Positions 61,071-64,000 of a stretch of DNA of 64,000 nucleotides are shown one piece after another. How positions within the stretch are numbered: the first letter of the stretch is position 1; every line of letters begins with the position of its first letter. The notes under the pieces are model-generated. The model saw nothing but the letters and a program-made list of their open reading frames with translations. It did not search any database and had not been told where the DNA came from. Position numbers and translations under genes: made by a program. Source of the DNA: Phoronis australis (taxonomy: Eukaryota > Animalia > Phoronida); the NCBI GenBank assembly GCA_002633005.1, contig NMRA01000365.1, forward strand, positions 307,660 through 371,659, read 5' to 3'.

Positions 61071-62364
61071 AGGCGAAGGCAACCTTTTTTCAAGTCATTT
61101 TTAGCAAAAATAGGGTTCTTTGATTATCCCAGACATATTTTTCACTTATTTACAGTTTTTCGTAATTTAATTAATTACTCGTCGTCTACTCCGGAAGTGA
61201 CATTTTGGGAGGCAAGAATTTCGCGCCAATTTCTTTTCATACAGTCTGACTGTGAGAGCAGTCGAGTCAGCCATTGTTCTACCTCGGTTGTGATAAGTTC
61301 GGTCTTCGTTTGCTTTCAGTTTGTTTACGAGTCAGTCAACATGCCATGCTGTTCCTGCCTACCGAGATGTACTCATTATCGTCTCACGTACAGAGGAAGA
61401 ACTGTCCCACTTGCCCGAGTGTCCCGCGACACACTCCCGATGGTGACTTGAGCACCCAAACTGCTTACATCCCGCCGTGCGACTCCCTCGTCACACACGT
61501 GGCACCTTCTAAATAGCTCCAATACAAAACCACAATAAACTTAGGTTCACCGATCTGTGATGACGAACTGTCTTTTTCACTGGGTATCAAACTGGGACTG
61601 TATTCACTCTCACTACTCAACATCGCTGCAGGGCTGCTTACAGGCTCTGGGCTAGAGACAACAGCACACGGGGAATCACTGCTAGTTCCTGGACTTGCAC
61701 GCTATTGTGTACGTTCGGAGGCATGGGTGACAGTAGATGAAGTGCCTCCAGTCACTGTTTATAGTGGCTACAGCTCGCGAGGCTTCTCGCTTCACTGAAA
61801 AACGAACTTCTCCGGGGTGGCGACGGTGCACTGTCGGGAATCAATAGCGACGGTATGGAACTCTTCTTCAGGCGTTGTTTTGCAGGGACCTTCATCAATT
61901 CAGCGTACGTACATATCTCTGTCGTAATCTGACGGCTGAAAATGCTTGCCACTGTTTTGTACGTTGAGTGAACGGGTAGCGCTGCCTTCTTCACACGAAT
62001 CAGCTAGCCAAGTATGGCAAAGTGTGTCATCCTTCGGAAAGCAATGCAAGGTACCCAAAGCGCGTGAGACGATAATGAGTACATCCTGGTATGCAGCAAC
62101 AGCGTGGCATGTTGACTGACTCGTAAACCAAAGCAAATGACCGCCAAACTTATCACATCCGAGGTAGAACAATGACTGACTTGACAGCTCTCACAGTCTG
62201 ACTGTATGAAAAGAAATTCTTGCCTCCCAAAATGTCACTTCCGGAGTAGAGGACGAGAAATAAATTAAATTACGAAAAGCCGTAATTAAGTGAAAAATAT
62301 GTTTGGGATAATCAACAGACCTTATTTTTGCTAAAAGTGACATGAAAAAAGGTTGCCTTCGCCT
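61071..62364 (-). mobile_element. Kolobok-like DNA transposon derivative with THAP relic and ~300-bp TIRs
   Basis: Termini AGGCGAAGGCAACC, flanked by TTAA and TAAA. Frameshifted THAP on the minus strand: MPRCCCIPGCTHY..LHCFPKDDTLCHTWL..KHFQPSDYDRDMYAELMK..RLKKSSIPSL. Confidence 0.75.
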
Positions 62365-62462
62365 TAAAGTTATTTAAGAAATTTAATCCTTGGTAACGAA
62401 GGTAGGCAACTCAGTATTAAATATCATCTTTCTTAACAGTTATTTGTGAAAAAGTCACTCAC

Positions 62463-62619
62463 CAAGCAGATGAATATATCCGGCTTTTCAGAGCTGACAA
62501 AGTTGACACATTTATGGTGGAACAGGCACATACATAGTCCACAGTGCAGTGTGGGATGAACACCCTCCAGGCCGGGGCACTTCAAACTGCAGATCTGTAC
62601 AGGTGGGTCTACCGAGTAA
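62463..62619 (-). CDS. Gene 3 PHD-finger exon (YSVDPPVQICSLKCPGLEGVHPTLHCGLCMCLFHHKCVNFVSSEKPDIFICL)
   Basis: ttgcag / gtgagt, phase 2-0. The C4-H-C3 pattern is completed by RC in the next exon. Confidence 0.87.
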
Positions 62620-63312
62620 CTGCAACATACGTAGCACACAGCATCAGAAAAAAAACAGTATATCCGGCTTGGATAACATACAGTGTCCAACAAATGCGAC
62701 ATTTTCAGAGATCATTTAAGGAATTGACCCACACGGATTTAAGAGAATTTGAAGGACTTGTGGGCCATGTTTAATTTTTTATGCTTTTTCGTTTTCAACT
62801 TTAATGGACCCATTGGCCCAAGTTAAGCAATAACAGTGTGTTAATGAAATTATTTTTGCACACTCCTAAAATTATCCCTGCATTTTCAATTGTCATCACT
62901 TCCTTTATACAACGCAAATTGACACGGCTCAGATTGACAAGGTTCAGATTGACACGGTGTAACTCGCTTGGTGTTGACTGCCATCTTAATGCAAAGTAGT
63001 GTCAGGATAAAGAGGAGCGCAAAACTTCTGTAAAGCCCAAATTGTACGAGATTATCGAATGCCCTGATGAAAACTGATATTTTGCAATGTTGTTTTTTTC
63101 ACACAAGTCATTCAAGCATCTTATCAAAACAATACAGGAAAACTTCACTGCTTGATGACACTGAAAATTAACATATGAACCGCCATTTGAAATTTCTGGT
63201 CATATTGCATGCGAGTTTAATGCTGAACATTTCTCCCGACACTGTCTATTACCATTTCGCCAGCCATCACAATCTCAGCAAACCAAAACTGGCACAATAC
63301 TCAATTACTTAC

Positions 63313-63583
63313 GTGACCTTTTGGGCCTTTTTAGCCGAAGCTATGTTAGCTACAGTACTCTCAACAGCCTGCATCAGCTGAATTTTCTGTAGCGAGTCCG
63401 GAGCTGCCTTGAACTTTCGCTTTTTTGCTTTTGGCCCACCGGGGCCAAACTTCTTGCGCGCCGATGCAGGCCCGAAGCCAGGCAGCTCAGCGGGGGAGCA
63501 GGCTGTCGTTTGTGGAGAATTCTGTGGTGGTGGCGTGGCCACCGTGACTGCTGTGGGCTTTACAACAGGGGGCGTGACTTTAA
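63313..63583 (-). CDS. Gene 3 most 5' visible exon (basic PKAKKRKFK NLS-like motif)
   Basis: ttttcag / gtaagt, phase 1-2, in frame with the PHD exon. Confidence 0.85.
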
Positions 63584-63776
63584 CTGAAAATCACAAAAGA
63601 TTAACTTATTTAACATTACTTGCAATGTATGTCCAAATAATGAAAGCGATAATACATTAACAGATTCAAATTCGCATTTATATAGGATTCAGACATACAA
63701 TAAAGAATAGTGAAAGCAGAAATTGCAACTACTTCCTTCGTTAAATGAGAAGTGGTTTATGGGCAACGAAAAAATT

Positions 63777-64000
63777 TGACATGCTCAGGGCACAAAACGA
63801 CACACTGGAACAAGCCAATTTGACAGTCGAGACCACGCTCAGGGCATAAAATGACAGTGTGACAAACCACCTTGACAGTCGAGACCATGCTCAAGGCATA
63901 AAATGACACACTATGACAAGCCAACTTGACAGCCGAGACCATGATCAGAGCATAAAATGACACTAACTTGACAGTCGAGACCATGCTCAAGGCATATAAT
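63777..64000. repeat. ~42-55-bp degenerate tandem repeat
   Basis: TGACAGTCGAGACCATGCTCAAGGCATAAAATGACA recurs at ~63821, 63872, 63927 and 63969. Confidence 0.8.

Larger units (their letters stand above)
37561..63583 (-). other. Gene 3 span (5' end off-window): PHD finger + F-box + leucine-rich-repeat protein
   Basis: Exons 63313-63583, 62463-62619, 50783-51783, 49780-49831, 49331-49617, 48791-48944, 46647-46754, 45650-45756, 39635-39746 and 37561-39021. All introns are GT-AG with consistent phases, giving ~1235 codons. Confidence 0.88.

Overview
This is AT-rich, intron-rich eukaryotic DNA. It most likely comes from a non-vertebrate bilaterian; that is an inference from gene and repeat content, and the species was not determined. 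I rebuilt three spliced genes by hand from splice sites and phase continuity. (1) A minus-strand gene (ATG 20663; six exons down to about 2323) encodes a ~217-aa basic protein that resembles the N-terminal region of invertebrate ankyrin-rich tankyrase-like PARPs. (2) TRAPPC6B lies on the plus strand (22023-36732; 6 coding exons, 157 aa, one GC-AG intron), head-to-head with gene 1. (3) A large minus-strand PHD-finger + F-box + LRR gene has 10 visible exons (63583-37561; ~1235 aa visible, 5' end off-window) and converges tail-to-tail with TRAPPC6B. The introns are full of decayed mobile DNA: a near full-length L1/Tx1 LINE, a Gypsy LTR element, a solo LTR inserted in a tRNA-derived SINE, an ISL2EU-type THAP/YqaJ element, a Kolobok-like THAP element, a hAT element and other MITEs, Helentron-type non-autonomous elements, three Penelope-like insertions (one with a tRNA-like module) and CR1/L2 tails. 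Many near-perfect short tandem expansions sit inside these old elements. There are no prokaryotic features and no CRISPR array. Family assignments come from motif recognition only; no database search was run.
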